Shown here: in pieces, positions 39,280 through 51,617 of the stretch | How positions within the stretch are numbered: position 1 is the stretch's first letter | Layout: the number at the start of each line of letters is the position of its first letter | Assembly (NCBI RefSeq): GCF_004010195.1 | Contig: NC_057726.1 | Coordinates: 61,834,335-61,898,334, forward strand | Reading direction: 5' to 3' | Length of the DNA stretch: 64,000 bases | DNA from: Chiloscyllium plagiosum | Lineage: Eukaryota | The notes under the pieces: generated by a model | The model's input: the letters and a program-made list of their open reading frames with translations, nothing else | Database searches by the model: none | What the model was told of the DNA's origin: nothing | Made by a program: the position numbers and the translations under genes

Positions 39280-40505
39280 ATTTTATGGCTGAAGAAGTTA
39301 TGAACAAAATGGATAAAGTAGAGTTGGTGGACACAGTATACTTAGATTTTCTTGGCTTAAGAGGTAAAGCACTGGCATGGATTAAAAATTGGCTAACAGA
39401 CAGGAAACAATTAGCAATAGCAGGCTGTGACTAGTGGGTATATCATGGATCAGTACTTGAATCAGCTGGTCTCAATATATTTTCATGATTGGAGGTTAGG
39501 ACCAAATGTAATATTTCCAAATTTGGGGAGGATACAAAATTAAGTGGGAATGTGTGTTTTGAGGAAGATGTAAACCAGCTTCAAGAGGACTTGGACAGTT
39601 TTAGTGAATGGGCAAGACCATGGCAAATGGAATATAATGTGGAAAAATGTGCTGTTTTCCACTTTGGTTGGAGAAACAAATTTACAGATATCATTTAAAT
39701 GGTAAGAGGTTGAAAGGTGTAGATGTCCATAAGTCACTGGAGGCTAACTTGGAACTGTGAAGAAATGTGGACTGCAGATGCTGAAGAGCAGAATCTAAAA
39801 GTGTGGCACTGGAAAAGCACAGCAGATCAAGCATATCTGAGGAACAGGAGAGTCGATGTTTTGGGCATTAGCCCTTCATTAGGAATGAACATGGAACTGC
39901 AGCAAGCAGGAAGGCTAATGGAATATCAACCAATCTTGCAAAGGCAATCTGTATATCGGAGTAGTGCAGTGTTGTTTCAATTCTGTAAGTACTTGCTTAT
40001 ACTCCACGTGGAGTACTGTGTGCTGTTTTGGTCTCCGTATGTCAGGAAACATTATTATTGTCTTAGAGGGAGTGCAACAAAAGGTCAACAGATTTGTTTA
40101 CTTTCCTATGAAGAACGATTGGGCAAAATGGGCCTGTATTCTCTAGGGTTTTGCAGATAAGAAGTGATTTCATTGAAGCCTATAAAATACTTAAAAGGAT
40201 GGACAAGGTAGATGCAGATGAAATGTTTCCCTTGGTTGGGGAGTTTAGAACCAATGAGTACAATTTAAAAATCAGAGGAATGCTGGGATGGAGATGTGGA
40301 GAAACCTTTTTACCCACAGTGTTGCAAATCTTTGGAATTCTCTACTGTGGAAGCTCAGTCTTTGTGTCTATTTAACTTAGAGATTCTTTGATTTCTGATT
40401 ATCCATTTGTACAGAATGGTAAAAGGCACTGAAGTATTTGATCAGCCATGAATGTATTAAATGATGTAGCTGGCTTGACTGGTTTTTTGCTTCTTTTTAT
40501 GTTCC
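39280..40505 (+). mobile_element. Decayed CR1 LINE RT/3' end with a nested pLTR insertion (about 39758-39888)
   Basis: VYLDF, ISKFGEDTKL, WQMEYNVEKCAVFHFG, HVEYCVLFWSP. Confidence 0.8.
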
Positions 40506-40573
40506 CAGGAGGAAAATAGAAGGCATCAAAAAAGGAGCTGAAAGTTACCATGCATCTTTTTTTTTCGTTTCAG

Positions 40574-40632
40574 GCTGGAATGAGGAATTTGGTGGTGTTA
40601 CTTCATACATTGCTAAAGGAGAAGATGAGGAG
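40574..40632 (+). CDS. OGFOD1: OGFOD1 exon 12
   Basis: tttcag| GWNEEFGGVTSYIAKGEDEE |gtacgc. Confidence 0.97.
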
Positions 40633-40754
40633 GTACGCTCTATTTTTGTTCAATTTCAAATCGGTGAAGAATGGAAGTAACAGCTTATAATTACATAAGT
40701 TCATGATCTCTGGATGCTCTGCGGCCCTTGCAATCAATGCAATGAGTTTTAAAG

Positions 40755-40990
40755 GAACTCACAGTTGTAATGTAGAAAAACCTATTTGTGCACAGCAACT
40801 CCCAAAAACAGTAGTGACAACAGCCAGACTTGGAAATTTTGGTTGAGGGATAACTATTTTCCGGAACTCCCCTACTATTTTTCAAAATGTTGCGATGAAG
40901 TATTTTATATGTACGTGAGAAGGTAGCCAGAAAACAGCTCCTATGATATGCGGTAGTCCCTCGGTATTGCACAGAAATTTGCCTGGCGTG
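40755..40990 (-). mobile_element. Old Deu-domain-type SINE fragment
   Basis: gttgtaatgtag...tttgtgcacagcaactccca...gttgagggataa...ccctcggtattgcac pattern recognised from deuterostome SINEs. Confidence 0.45.
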
Positions 40991-41804
40991 CCTCTACATA
41001 TCATGTGGGAGATGATGGTGGAGTGGTGAAATTGATGAAATTGTAAGATCCCTAAAGGTAATCCAAGATAAATGCTAACCTGGGCAATGTGGGGTCCCAG
41101 AATTGTAAGAACAATGGATTATTTTCTTAACTTTCTCTGTACTTGTGTTGGATTGTAATTGATACAAAATTAATAAGATGAAATAGACAGGTTGCCCAAG
41201 TAACAGTTAGTAATAGCAAAAAGCAGACCTCTGTTCAGCCTAGTCATTCTGCATTTATGGCAATTAAAACAATCAGTTTTTTCATTTGAGTTGGGAACTG
41301 TAAGGCAGCTAATGAGTAGATGACACTAATCAGTGATGGTAAACCTATCCTTTCTAGTGGAAAATGTGGGCTTGCATAAAGGGTCTTTAAACATCCGTGG
41401 CACATTAACAATTTGGGTTGGAAGAGTGGTTGTCTGTAAGTATTGTAAATTAGTCCCTAAATTGAGTTGCAAGATTCCAAATGTCATTATCAAATCGTCG
41501 GTTTTCTAGTTATAGCTAAAGCTAAATGGTTGAGAATGGAATCATGCCACCGAAGGAGATCAAAAATGAGGCATTAATACTCCAGTAAGGGGAAGGTGCA
41601 AAATGTGGATTACTCAGCATGGTCTCAGGTGCACATACCAGCAAGGTACTAACTCTTGGCAAAATATCAAAGGCTGGGCATTGTCATATGCCTCTCATAT
41701 TGACCAGAGATCAAGTATAAGAAGGAAATGGAGGAGAAGAGGAAAAGGAGAAATGAAGTGTTAACTCAATAAAAACCTTGTTAACAGTTTGTGTTGTATT
41801 TCAG

Positions 41805-41966
41805 TTACTTAGCCTTTGCCCAGAAGACAACTCCCTGGCCTTGATCTACCGAGATAAAGAAACGCTAAAGTTTGTGAAACACATTAACCAGCGAAGCATC
41901 AGTCAGTGTAAGAAGACGCATGAGACAAAGGGATTCTGGGACTTTAACTTTGTGTATTATGAATGA
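41805..41966 (+). CDS. OGFOD1: OGFOD1 exon 13 (last coding exon)
   Basis: tttcag| [31 protein letters not shown]...[11 protein letters not shown] matches the human C-terminus (GFWDFSFIYYE). Confidence 0.97.
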   Translation, partial: LLSLCPEDNSLALIYRDKETLKFVKHINQRSISQCKKTHETKGFWDFNFVYYE

Positions 41967-42689
41967 TGGCACATCTGGGTTTTCTATGTAATCCTTCGCA
42001 TCTAGTGTGGGATAAAACATCAAAATGATAAATTATATGCTCCTGCTGTTAAAGAGCTTTTTTGTGGTATGAGTGCCAGTACCTTCTAACATCTGGTATA
42101 TAATGGTGGCAGTTACATCACTACAGCAGTTCACATGGGCTGTAAGTGTCATTGCCAGTTGTTTGCTCATTCATTGAAAGACTTACTTGACCTGGTAGAA
42201 GCTCTTCAAGTCTCAATTGCTTTATCAGTCTGCTATTATTGTCATTGTAGCAGTTGTAATTTTCTAAATTAAAAATAATTTTGTAGTAATCATGACTTAT
42301 GCCTTAAATTTCCTGTAACTCTCTGCAAGTGGCTATGCTTCATAATCATCCATCTTCATTTAGCCAGCTGTAAGTTTCTCGTGGTGTTCTCTAAATTTCA
42401 AACATTTTGTAGACTGTGGCAGTAGGGTAATTTCATGTGGCAGGTGTAGATTTTAGTGTGAGTGCTTGCGTATATAATTATGTGATCCTGAGAGTTATTT
42501 TGGTGCATTCTTTGGTGTTTCCTTCAGTTAATATCCTTTTCTCTGAATTTCTTCCATGGCCCTTAGCTAAGATATAGCATAGGTGATTTATTGCTAATTC
42601 TCAGCCAATTTTGCTTGGAACTAGGCTGCTGGAAAATATGGGAGTAGCAAGGCAAGAAGTGCTTCTTTGCTTTAGTATATTATGCAGAT

Positions 42690-42895
42690 TGGTTAGCTCA
42701 GTTGACGAGATGGCTGAGTGATGGTAACATTGTGGGTTCAATTCTCATATTGGCTGAGTTCACCATGAGGGTCCTGGCTTCTCAGCCTCTTCCCTCACTT
42801 GAGATGTAGTGATCCTCGGGTCAAATCCACCACCAGTCATCTCTCTAATGAGCGAGCAATCGTATGTGCTTTGGGACGATGATGATTTTACTTTT
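42690..42895 (+). mobile_element. tRNA-derived SINE
   Basis: A-box ttagctcagttg and B-box gggttcaattc followed by a body shared with 15355-16215. Confidence 0.6.
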
Positions 42896-44261
42896 TTTTT
42901 ACATCAAATATTAGATATTCATTAAAGTTAAATTGATGGTTTCATTTAGGGGGGCAGGAAAGATAATTGGCCTGGGTTATAAAAATCTCACCAATGTGTT
43001 AGAGGAGTGACAGTTTTGAGGTTGGGAATTCAATAATCTATTTGCATCTAACTAGGCTGTCTAAAAAGAAAGGTAATTGCCTCTTCAGGAATTCTTGATG
43101 CACAAAACTGTAAAGGTGTTCTACTCCTTTCTAGCTTTCATCCTTTGCAGTGATGAGTTATCAAATTAACTAACTATACTTAGTGAAATCTGAGGTTGAT
43201 ATGTGGCTCATGATTTAGACAGTAGTTTTCTGAGTAGAGAGTGAGATTGGTAGAGACTGAGAATGAGCACAAGACAAAGATCGAAACAAAGACATTGTTA
43301 AGGTGTTACATCTGAGGTTGGAGGAGTGCACTGTTTCTCAATAGTCACACTACTCCATGAATCACAGCACATGTCAGACAATGTTTTGCCCAATTATCGA
43401 TAAAACTAATTGTACATATTAATCAATTTGTTTGAGAATACAGATACAAGACCTAGCTTTCTTTTATGTATTTGTTCTTTATTAAACAAGATTTATTCAA
43501 TAATGATGCAAAAATTACTAATCGTTTGAGATGTGACAGTAAATATATACATACCCTTTAAAATACAAAAACACCAATTAAAGAGAAAGAAAGTTAATTT
43601 CACTGTGACAGTCAACTTTAGTTAAAAATCTTTTTGATCAAATAATTATGATTCTTGAAGGAATAGAAGCATATACATAATAATTAGACAGCATAAGCAT
43701 TTCAAGAGGAATACTAACATTTACTGCAAGAGTAAGGATGTTTGATGCAGTTGTACCTGGCATTGGAGTGATCACACCTGAACTATTTGGTTACCCAACG
43801 AAGGAAAGACTAGTCTTAAAGGTTCTTTGGATTGATTCCTGCAATGTGAGTTAATTCCACGAGGTGAGATTGTGTAAGCTGTCCTATATTCTCAAATTTT
43901 TTTAAAAATCGGATGCTTTCATCGAAACTTATGAAATTCTTGGTCATGTCAACCTAAATTAGGAATAGGGTAAGGCACTTGACCCCTCTAGCTTGTTGTT
44001 CCATTGAATAAAATCACAATTGTCTGATTACTCTAAACTCTTGTCTACCTTCACTTTCCTCAACTCTGCTTCACTTGTCTTTTCAAGACCAGAGTTCTGA
44101 AGACTCACGACTCCGATAAAATGTTTTCTGTATCTGTTTTAAACTGTTAGGACCTTATTTGAAAGTGTCCCCTCGTTCCAGAAAGGCAATGTCTTTTTCA
44201 CATGCACCCTGTCAAGACCGCCAGGATATTACGCAATTCAATCATGTTGCCTCTTACTCTT

Positions 44262-44468
44262 TGAGGAGAAAGTGAGGTCTGCAGATGCTGGAGATCAGAG
44301 CTGGAAATGTGTTGCTGGAAAAGCGCAGCAGGTCAGGCAGCATCCAGGGAACAGGAGAATCGACGTTTCGGGCATAAGCCGAAGAAGGGCTTATGCCCGA
44401 AATGTCGATTCTCCTGTTCCCTGGATGCTGCCTGACCTGCTGCGCTTTTCCAGCAACACATTTCCAGC
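44262..44468. mobile_element. Young fold-back PLE pLTR micro-element
   Basis: Near-perfect inverted arms centred at about 44380; perfect 14-bp TSD tgcctcttactctt at 44248-44261 and 44469-44482. Confidence 0.9.
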
Positions 44469-45509
44469 TGCCTCTTACTCTTCTAAACTCACAAAGAAAG
44501 AAGAGGTCAGCGAATGAGAACTCAAATAAGAAATGTTTTTATCTTTAAAATTTTTTTGTCCAGAGGCCTCTGGATGTTCAGTTGTTTAATATATTCAAGA
44601 CTGAGAATGATAAATGTTTGAGTTCTAAGAAAATGAATTGATATGGGAATAGAATAGAAATATGGAGTTAGTATGAAAGCTCACTGTCAGTCACAGTCAA
44701 GGAGCCACATAATCTAATTGTTGTACACGTCCTTGCTCAACAAGTAGTTTTAGTGTCAGCTTTGGCTCTTTATTTTTGTCTTGAGGCTTGTCAGCTTCCT
44801 TAATAGTAGTAAGATGAAGACAGTCAGATGAATGTTTGTCCTATTTTCAATGTTGGAAGGAAGGCAAAGCTGGATGAATGCTGAAATTCACATGTGGGAT
44901 TCTCTGAGTAGAAGGTGGGGAAAGGAAAATGGTCCATTATTGCTTTGGATTCTCTCAGTCATCTACTTCCTTCAGTCAGCAAAAAAAAGGCTAATTTATT
45001 TAATTAAGCAAAAAAGTGCAAGATTCAAGATGATTTTTACAGTTCTAACGAAGAAACATTTGCCCTAAAACTACAGACCAAGTCCAAGTTAGTGAGACCA
45101 TTCTTGGGTAGTAATATACAGTGTAATTTTTTTGTATGAAATATTGGCTGGATTGTCGGATGAAAATGGTGTGGTATCATGGTTTTGTGATAGCTTTTGT
45201 TTTACCATTATGGCCAGGAAGATGTTGTAATGGATCTATGTATGGATAAGAGCAAAATATAGGATGATTGTTGAATCCTGAATTTAGGTTATTTTAATTG
45301 GAGTTGCAGTCAAATGAGACAGTGATTCACAGCCTGGACAGAAGGAAGATATATTGGTACCACCTGGGAGTCTTGAGACGCAATGGTATTCCTATCTCTG
45401 AACCAGTGGACCAAAGTTCACTACAAGCCCCAGAGGTGTGTAATACCATCTCTTACCATTGGTGAGAACTTGGGTAGGCCATGGCAGACCACTGCAAATC
45501 ATAAACCCA

Positions 45510-47540
45510 AACACAAATTGCTGGTAAAGAATAGCAGTTCTGGCTGCATCTGTGGAGAGAAATCAGAGTTAACATTTTGGCTTGAGTGATGCTTTGTCAG
45601 AATTGATGGTAGCTAGGAAGAAATTGGTTTATGCAGAAGATAGGGTGGCGGAGGGATTAAGAAGTAAACGATAAGGGGGATAGCCCAAAGAAAGACAAAG
45701 AACAGTTAGATAGACAAAGGACTTGATAACTCTCTGGCTAGGTGGGTGAATAGCTATTAATGGGGAGTGTGTCATCGCAGACTATGTAATAACAAGACCC
45801 GGTATATGGGAGTTGGGTTAAGGACACAGGAGAGCTCAAGCCCTAAAGGTATTGAATGCTACATGGAGTCCAGAAGGCTGCATATTCCCCAAGTGGAAAT
45901 TGAGATACTGTTCTTCCAGTTTGTGCTGAGCATAGCTGGAGCATGAAGCAAGCCTGAGACAGAGATGTTGGCCAGGGACCAGGGTGTTATGTTGAAATGG
46001 CAGGCAACTGGAAGCTCAGGGTCTTTCTTTTTGCAGACAGAACGTAGGTGTTCTATGAAGTGTTCACCCAGTCTACCCCAGTGTAGAAGAGACCACATTG
46101 TGAACAGTGAATGCAGTAGACTAAATTGTGTGAAGTGCAAGTAAAGTGCTTCACCTGGAAGGTATGTTTGGATCCTTGGATACTGAGGAGGGGAGAAGTA
46201 AATGGACAAGTGTTTCACCTTCTATGATTGCAAGGCAAGGTGCCATGAAGCTTTGGGAGTGTATTGAGAGTGAAGGAAGAGTGGAACAGGGTGTCACAAA
46301 GGAAATGGTCCCTGCAGAAGGCTGGCAAGGGACGGGAGGGGAACATGTGGTGGCATCTCACTGGAGGTGGTGGAAACAGTGGTTAATAATCCTCTGGATG
46401 TGTGTGCTGGTGGGATGGTAGGTGAGGACAAGGGGACCCTATTGGTATTGTGGGAAAGAGAGGGGGTAAAGGCCAAAGTGCAGGAGATGGGTTGGACCCT
46501 GACAGTGCTGAGCAATCCTTGGTTGAGGAAGAAAGCAGACATTTCAGAAGCTCCCTTGCTGAAGTTGGCACTTTGGAACAGGTATAACAGCGATCAAAGA
46601 ACTGGGAGAATGGAATGGAGGGTTTGTAGGAAGTGGGGTGTGTGGAGTATAGTCAAGGTAACTGTGGTTTATAGTGGATGTTTGTGGCCAGTCTATCCTT
46701 AGAGATGGAAGCAGAGAAATTGTGGAAAGGAAGGGAGGAGTACAAGGTGGGCCAGGTGAAGGTAACAGCAGGGTGGAAATTGGAATCAAAATCGAGAAGC
46801 TTTTCAAATTCCAGATGAGAGGAGAAAGCAGCACTGATGACATCATCAACATACTGGAAAAAACATTGTGAGTTGGGGCTGGGACAGGACTGGAACAAGG
46901 ACTGTTTCATGTATCCCACAAAAAAGACCAGCATAATCGGCAGGTACCCATGGGCACCCCTCTAACCTGAAAAAAAATGAGTGGAGTTAAAAGAAAAATT
47001 GTTCAGGGTGAGGACGGTGGGCGGCACGGTGGCACAGTGGTTAGCACTGCTGCCTCACAGCGCCAGAGACCCGGGTTCAATTCCCGACTCAGGCGACTGA
47101 CTGTGTGGAGTTTGCACGTTCTCCCCATGTCTGCGTGGGTTTCCTCCGGGTGCTCCGGTTTCCTCCCACAGTCCAAAGATGTGCAGGTCAGGTGAATTGA
47201 CCATGCTAAATTGCTCGTAGTGTTAGGTAAGGGGTAAATGTAGGGGAATGGGTGGGTTACGCTTTGGCGGGTCGGTGTGGACTTGTTGGGCCGAAGGGCC
47301 TGTTTCCATACTAATCTAATCTAATCTGTTAGGATGAGTTTAGCCAGGCAGAGCAGGCTAGTGTGGATGGGGACAGTTCAGGTCATTGTTCATGAAAAAC
47401 AGAGACCATCCTGGTGGGGGATGGACGTACAAACGGATTGCATGTCCATGGTAAAGAGAAGGCAGCTAGAGCCTGCAAACTGGAAATTTTGAAACCAGCG
47501 TAAAGTGTCAGAAAAGTCACGGATGTCAGTGGGAAAATTG
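45510..47540 (-). mobile_element. Decayed Penelope-like element (RT, GIY-YIG, pLTR)
   Basis: CFFQYVDDVIS..DSNFHPAVTFTW (RT) and GRLGEHFIEHLRSV..PELPVACHFN (GIY-YIG); frameshifted. Confidence 0.85.
47018..47327 (+). mobile_element. HE1-type SINE, full length and young, nested in PLE
   Basis: gggcggcacggtggcacagtggttagcactgctgcctcacagcgcc...(ctaat)n tail. Confidence 0.9.
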
Positions 47541-48457
47541 TGTTTAGGTGAGCACTGCAGGGCTCCTCCAGAGACGTGTCAGTGCAGTAAAAGTATTCCT
47601 TGAGGTACCTAGTGGTTTACTCAGCATGTTTATTCTAAAAGTATTGTTCAATACCATTGATACTTATTTGCATTGCATGCTGGAATCAAGAGACAGGAGA
47701 TCCGTAGATTGCCTGCTTTCACCAGTAGTCATCCTTTGGTTTGATCTCTGGATGTGGATCTCTGGTGGCTTAAGTGCTGAACCTGCTTCTATCTTGTAAG
47801 AAAGAATTTTATGTATCACCTTCCCCTGGCATTATGTGTATCAGGCACTACTCTTGGACAGCAATTGAAGACAAATTAGGAGATATTCAAGATATTACCT
47901 GCTTTTTTTTTCAGGAAGGATCCTGATGTATAACATTCATGGTCATGGCCAATCACAATATCTTCCATGCCTGCTCTGAGGTTTCTGGCCTGCTCATGGG
48001 AGGCACCTGATTGCGGTCATCTCCTCCTTGAAAAAATGGAGACATTGTACACACTCTTCCTCAGTGACATTGGGTTAAGAAAAGTGCTCTTTAAAGATGA
48101 GGTGAACTTCTCCGTCTCCTCCTTCATCTGTTTCTTCAAGCAGCTTATCCTCCCCTGTGCCATTTCTACTGATTCTCCTGTCATATCAGAAGCACATTGC
48201 CAAAACAGAACTCTTGAAGTGAGAACCAAGGTCTTCACCATGTTCCACCAATTTTAAGTAACAGTGTAAACTACCAACCAGTTCTACTAACTCAGCAACA
48301 ATTCAAGGATTCAGTCAGAAATTAATGTCAGCATAGTTGATTCCTTTGAATACTGCAGTTTGTAGATTCTTTCTATTCTTCAATATATGTTTGACTCTGT
48401 GAGGTCAAGAATATAATGAAGTCTTGAGATCAAAAATGATGCTTGATGCTGTTTGAT

Positions 48458-48865
48458 GCCTAACCAATGTCCTTTCGAGCTGCAACATTACTTCTCAACT
48501 CCTTTACTCAATGCACTGACCAATAAAGGAAAGCACACCAAATGCCTTCTTCACTAGCTTATCTACCTTTGACTCCACTTTCAAGGAACTATGAACCTTC
48601 ACTCAAGGTCTCTTTGTTCAGCAACACTCCCTCGGACCTTACAATTACGTTTATAAGTCCTGCCCTGATTTGCCTTTCCAAAATGCAGCACCTCACATTT
48701 ATCGAAATTAAACTTCAGCTGCCACTCCTCAGCCCATTGACCCACTTGATCAAGATTCAAGATAGATACCAATAAAAGTGATTGGTCCATCTTAACCCTT
48801 AGATATCAAAAAGGCACAATGAACCTCCAACCAAATCAACCAATTGATTTTTAAATTAATCTGAA
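48458..48865 (-). repeat. Inverted duplicate of 49306-49713
   Basis: About 408-bp arm that is a near-identical reverse complement of 49306-49713; compare ORFs 48599..48790(-) and 49354..49572(+). Confidence 0.92.
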
Positions 48866-49414
48866 CTATCTATAACTATAATTATCTATCTATCTATCTA
48901 TAAAAGCTTTTGCTGATGACATCACCAAAATGGTGTTTGGCATGGGCTTGAGTGTAACAACATGTGTCTCACCAAAGGGCACATATGGCATTGGGGGGAA
49001 AAATGAATCACAGCTGAATTTTGTAGCCATTTTCTTTGAATAAAATGTAAACCAGAGCTACATCTGCCTTTTTGGGATCCTGTCACCATATTCAAATATT
49101 CAAGGGAAGGGAGTTGTCCCCACATCTTGGTCAATATTTAAGCCTCAGCCATCCAACTCCATCAAAAACAGGTTATTGGGTCATCTATTTCATTAATGGA
49201 GTAGGGCATTGCTGTATTTAAAGTACTTTGCAGTGACTTCAAGATGCTAAACATTGCACATTTTTTAATGTTTTTGCATAACATGCTATGAACAACATGT
49301 TGAACTTCAGATTAATTTAAAAATCAATTGGTTGATTTGGTTGGAGGAACATTGTGCCTTTTGGATATCTATGGGCTAAGATGGACCAATCTCGTTTATT
49401 GGTATCTACCTTGA

Positions 49415-50265
49415 ATCTTGATCAAGTGGGTCAATGGGCTGAGGAGTGGCAGCTGAAGTTAAATGTCGATAAATGTGAGGTGCTGCATTTTGGAAAGGCA
49501 AATCAGGGCAGGACTTATAAATGTAATTGTAAGGTCCGAGGGAGTGTTGCTGAACAAAGAGACCTTGAGTGAAAGTTCATAGTTCCTTGAAAGTGGAGTC
49601 AAAGGTAGATAAGCTAGTGAAGAAGGCATTTGGTGTGCTTTCCTTTATTGGTCAGTGCATTGAGTAAAGGAGTTGAGAAGTAATGTTGCAGCTCTCAAGG
49701 TCATTGGTTAGGCCACTTTTGGAATATTGTGCACAATTCTGGTCTCCCTGTTATAGCAAGGATGTTGTGAAACTTGAAGGGGTTCAGAAAAAAATTTACA
49801 AGGACATTGCCAGGGTTGGAAGGTTTGAGTTACATGGAGAGGCTGAATAGGCTGGGGCGATTTTATCTGGACTCTTGGAGGCTTAGGGGTGACCTCACAA
49901 AGGTTTGTAAAATCATGCAGGACATGGATAGGGTAAATGAACAAGGCATTTTCCTTGGTCTGGGGGAGTCTAGGACTAGAGGGCATAGGTTTACGGTGAG
50001 AGGGGAAAGACTTACAAGGGACCTAAGGGGCAACATTTTTATGGAGAGGGTTTTGCACGTATGGAATGAGCTGCCGGAGAAACTGGTGGAGATTGGTACA
50101 ATTACAACATTTAAAAAGCATCTGGATGGGTATATGAATGGGAAGGGTTTAGAGGGATATGGGCCAAGTGCTGGAACATGGGACTAGATTAGGTTAGGAT
50201 ATCTGGTCGGCATGGATGAGTTTGACTGAAGAATCTATTTCTGTGCTGTACATCTTTATGACTCA
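49415..50265 (+). mobile_element. CR1 (HER1-like) LINE, 5'-truncated
   Basis: LDQVGQWAEEWQLKLNVDKCEVLHFGK...RPLLEYCAQFWSP...GYGPSAGTWD* plus 3'UTR. Confidence 0.9.
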
Positions 50266-50561
50266 ATGAGCAGCATTCCTTATGCCACGTCTTTACACTG
50301 TAATGCAGCAATCATGTTAGTGGGACCAACAGTTCCATGAGAGGCACATTTTGATTTGGTGCTTTATACTGGGAATTAAATTACGATTGCACAATTTAAT
50401 TTCACAAATTATTTTTATAGTTAATGACATGATACTATGTTTACCCTTTTAACTCATGAAACTTGAAACAGTACTTAAAGCCCATTTTGCACCTATTCCA
50501 CACCACAGTTGCTCCTTTCCATGTAATTTTGATGGAAACCCCACCTCCCTTACAATAGCTT

Positions 50562-50625
50562 TAACTTCAGACTGCGTTGAGATTGTCTATTGTCTATCGT
50601 CTATAACTTCAGACTGCGTTGAGAT
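50562..50625. repeat. 22-bp direct repeat around a 20-bp (TGTCTAT)-like filler
   Basis: taacttcagactgcgttgagat at 50562-50583 and 50604-50625. Confidence 0.85.
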
Positions 50626-51454
50626 ACTCTGACGTAAGAGTGATGTTGGGCAATGTGTTTTATTTTCATTGTTGTCTTCTGGACCTATGTTTTGATTTTG
50701 TGGCTGTTGGACGGTTTTCACACCCTTTAAATTGTCCTAAGCCTTTCTTTCAATCTGTTTCCTTCATTTCTCTGGAGAATAGTTGTCTTTTGTTGGCAGA
50801 GGAAGATTTGAATATAGTGTTATTTAATTATCAATATTGCTTTTTGTGATGGAGGCTACTGTGGGCACTTTTCGCCACGCTGAAGACATTTGCTTCCTAC
50901 TACAAATTGACCTTTGAAGGCAAATGCTGACTGAGCAATGTCTAATAGCCTGTTAGAACTCTCTTGGATATCTTGGTGTAACACGCAATTTATAGCTCTG
51001 GAACAGGTCATTTCATCCAAAGATCAATGCTGTACATATAACTCCTCACCTTACTTCATCTCACTGTCGTCAAATCTTTCTATTTTCTTCTCTGTCATCC
51101 TTAAGTAGTTTCATCGTGAACCTTGTAAAATAAATTATTCAAGTAGTAAGATTTGCTAACTTTGGTTAAATCCATTCCAGTAGGCTTCATCATGTAATTT
51201 TCAACCACTAAAAAAGCCTAATTTTCCCTTTTGCAATTATTTTAAAGGATATGATGACGAAAATTGGGAAAGAAACGGTTTTTTTTTGCCGAGCCGTCTC
51301 TTTTGGCAGTACTCAGGAAATATTTCTTCAATTAATGAAGTACTTCAGAGCAATCTAGGAGAGTTGGAAACTCTCAGCTATTCCCATTTTACTACTGGAC
51401 TGCCTTGGTTAAGAAAGACTTGGATGCTGGAAGGCTAAAGGTAAAAGGCGATAG

Positions 51455-51617
51455 TAAAGACTGCAGATGCTGAAAGTCAGAATCGATAAAATGTGGGGCT
51501 GGAAGAGCACAGCTGGGGAGTCCCGATGAAGGGTCCAGACCTGAAACGTCAATTTTGCTGCTCCTCCGATGCTGTCTGACGTCCTGTGCTCTTCCAGTTC
51601 CACATTTTATCGACTCT
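51455..51617. mobile_element. Fold-back PLE pLTR micro-element
   Basis: tcgataaaatgtggggctggaagagcacag and inverse ctgtgctcttccagttccacattttatcga; mutated hammerhead cccgatgaagggtccagacctgaaacgtc. Confidence 0.75.

Noticed and set aside
42268-43497. OGFOD1 poly(A) site or a convergent gene 3' end
   Set aside because: Several ATTAAA and minus-strand AATAAA hexamers occur in AT-rich DNA; none can be chosen without transcript data, and no convergent exon was found
47018-47090. tRNA gene
   Set aside because: It is the tRNA-derived head of an HE1-type SINE followed by V-domain and tail
50562-50625. CRISPR-like repeat-spacer-repeat
   Set aside because: Only two repeats, a low-complexity spacer, eukaryotic context and no cas genes
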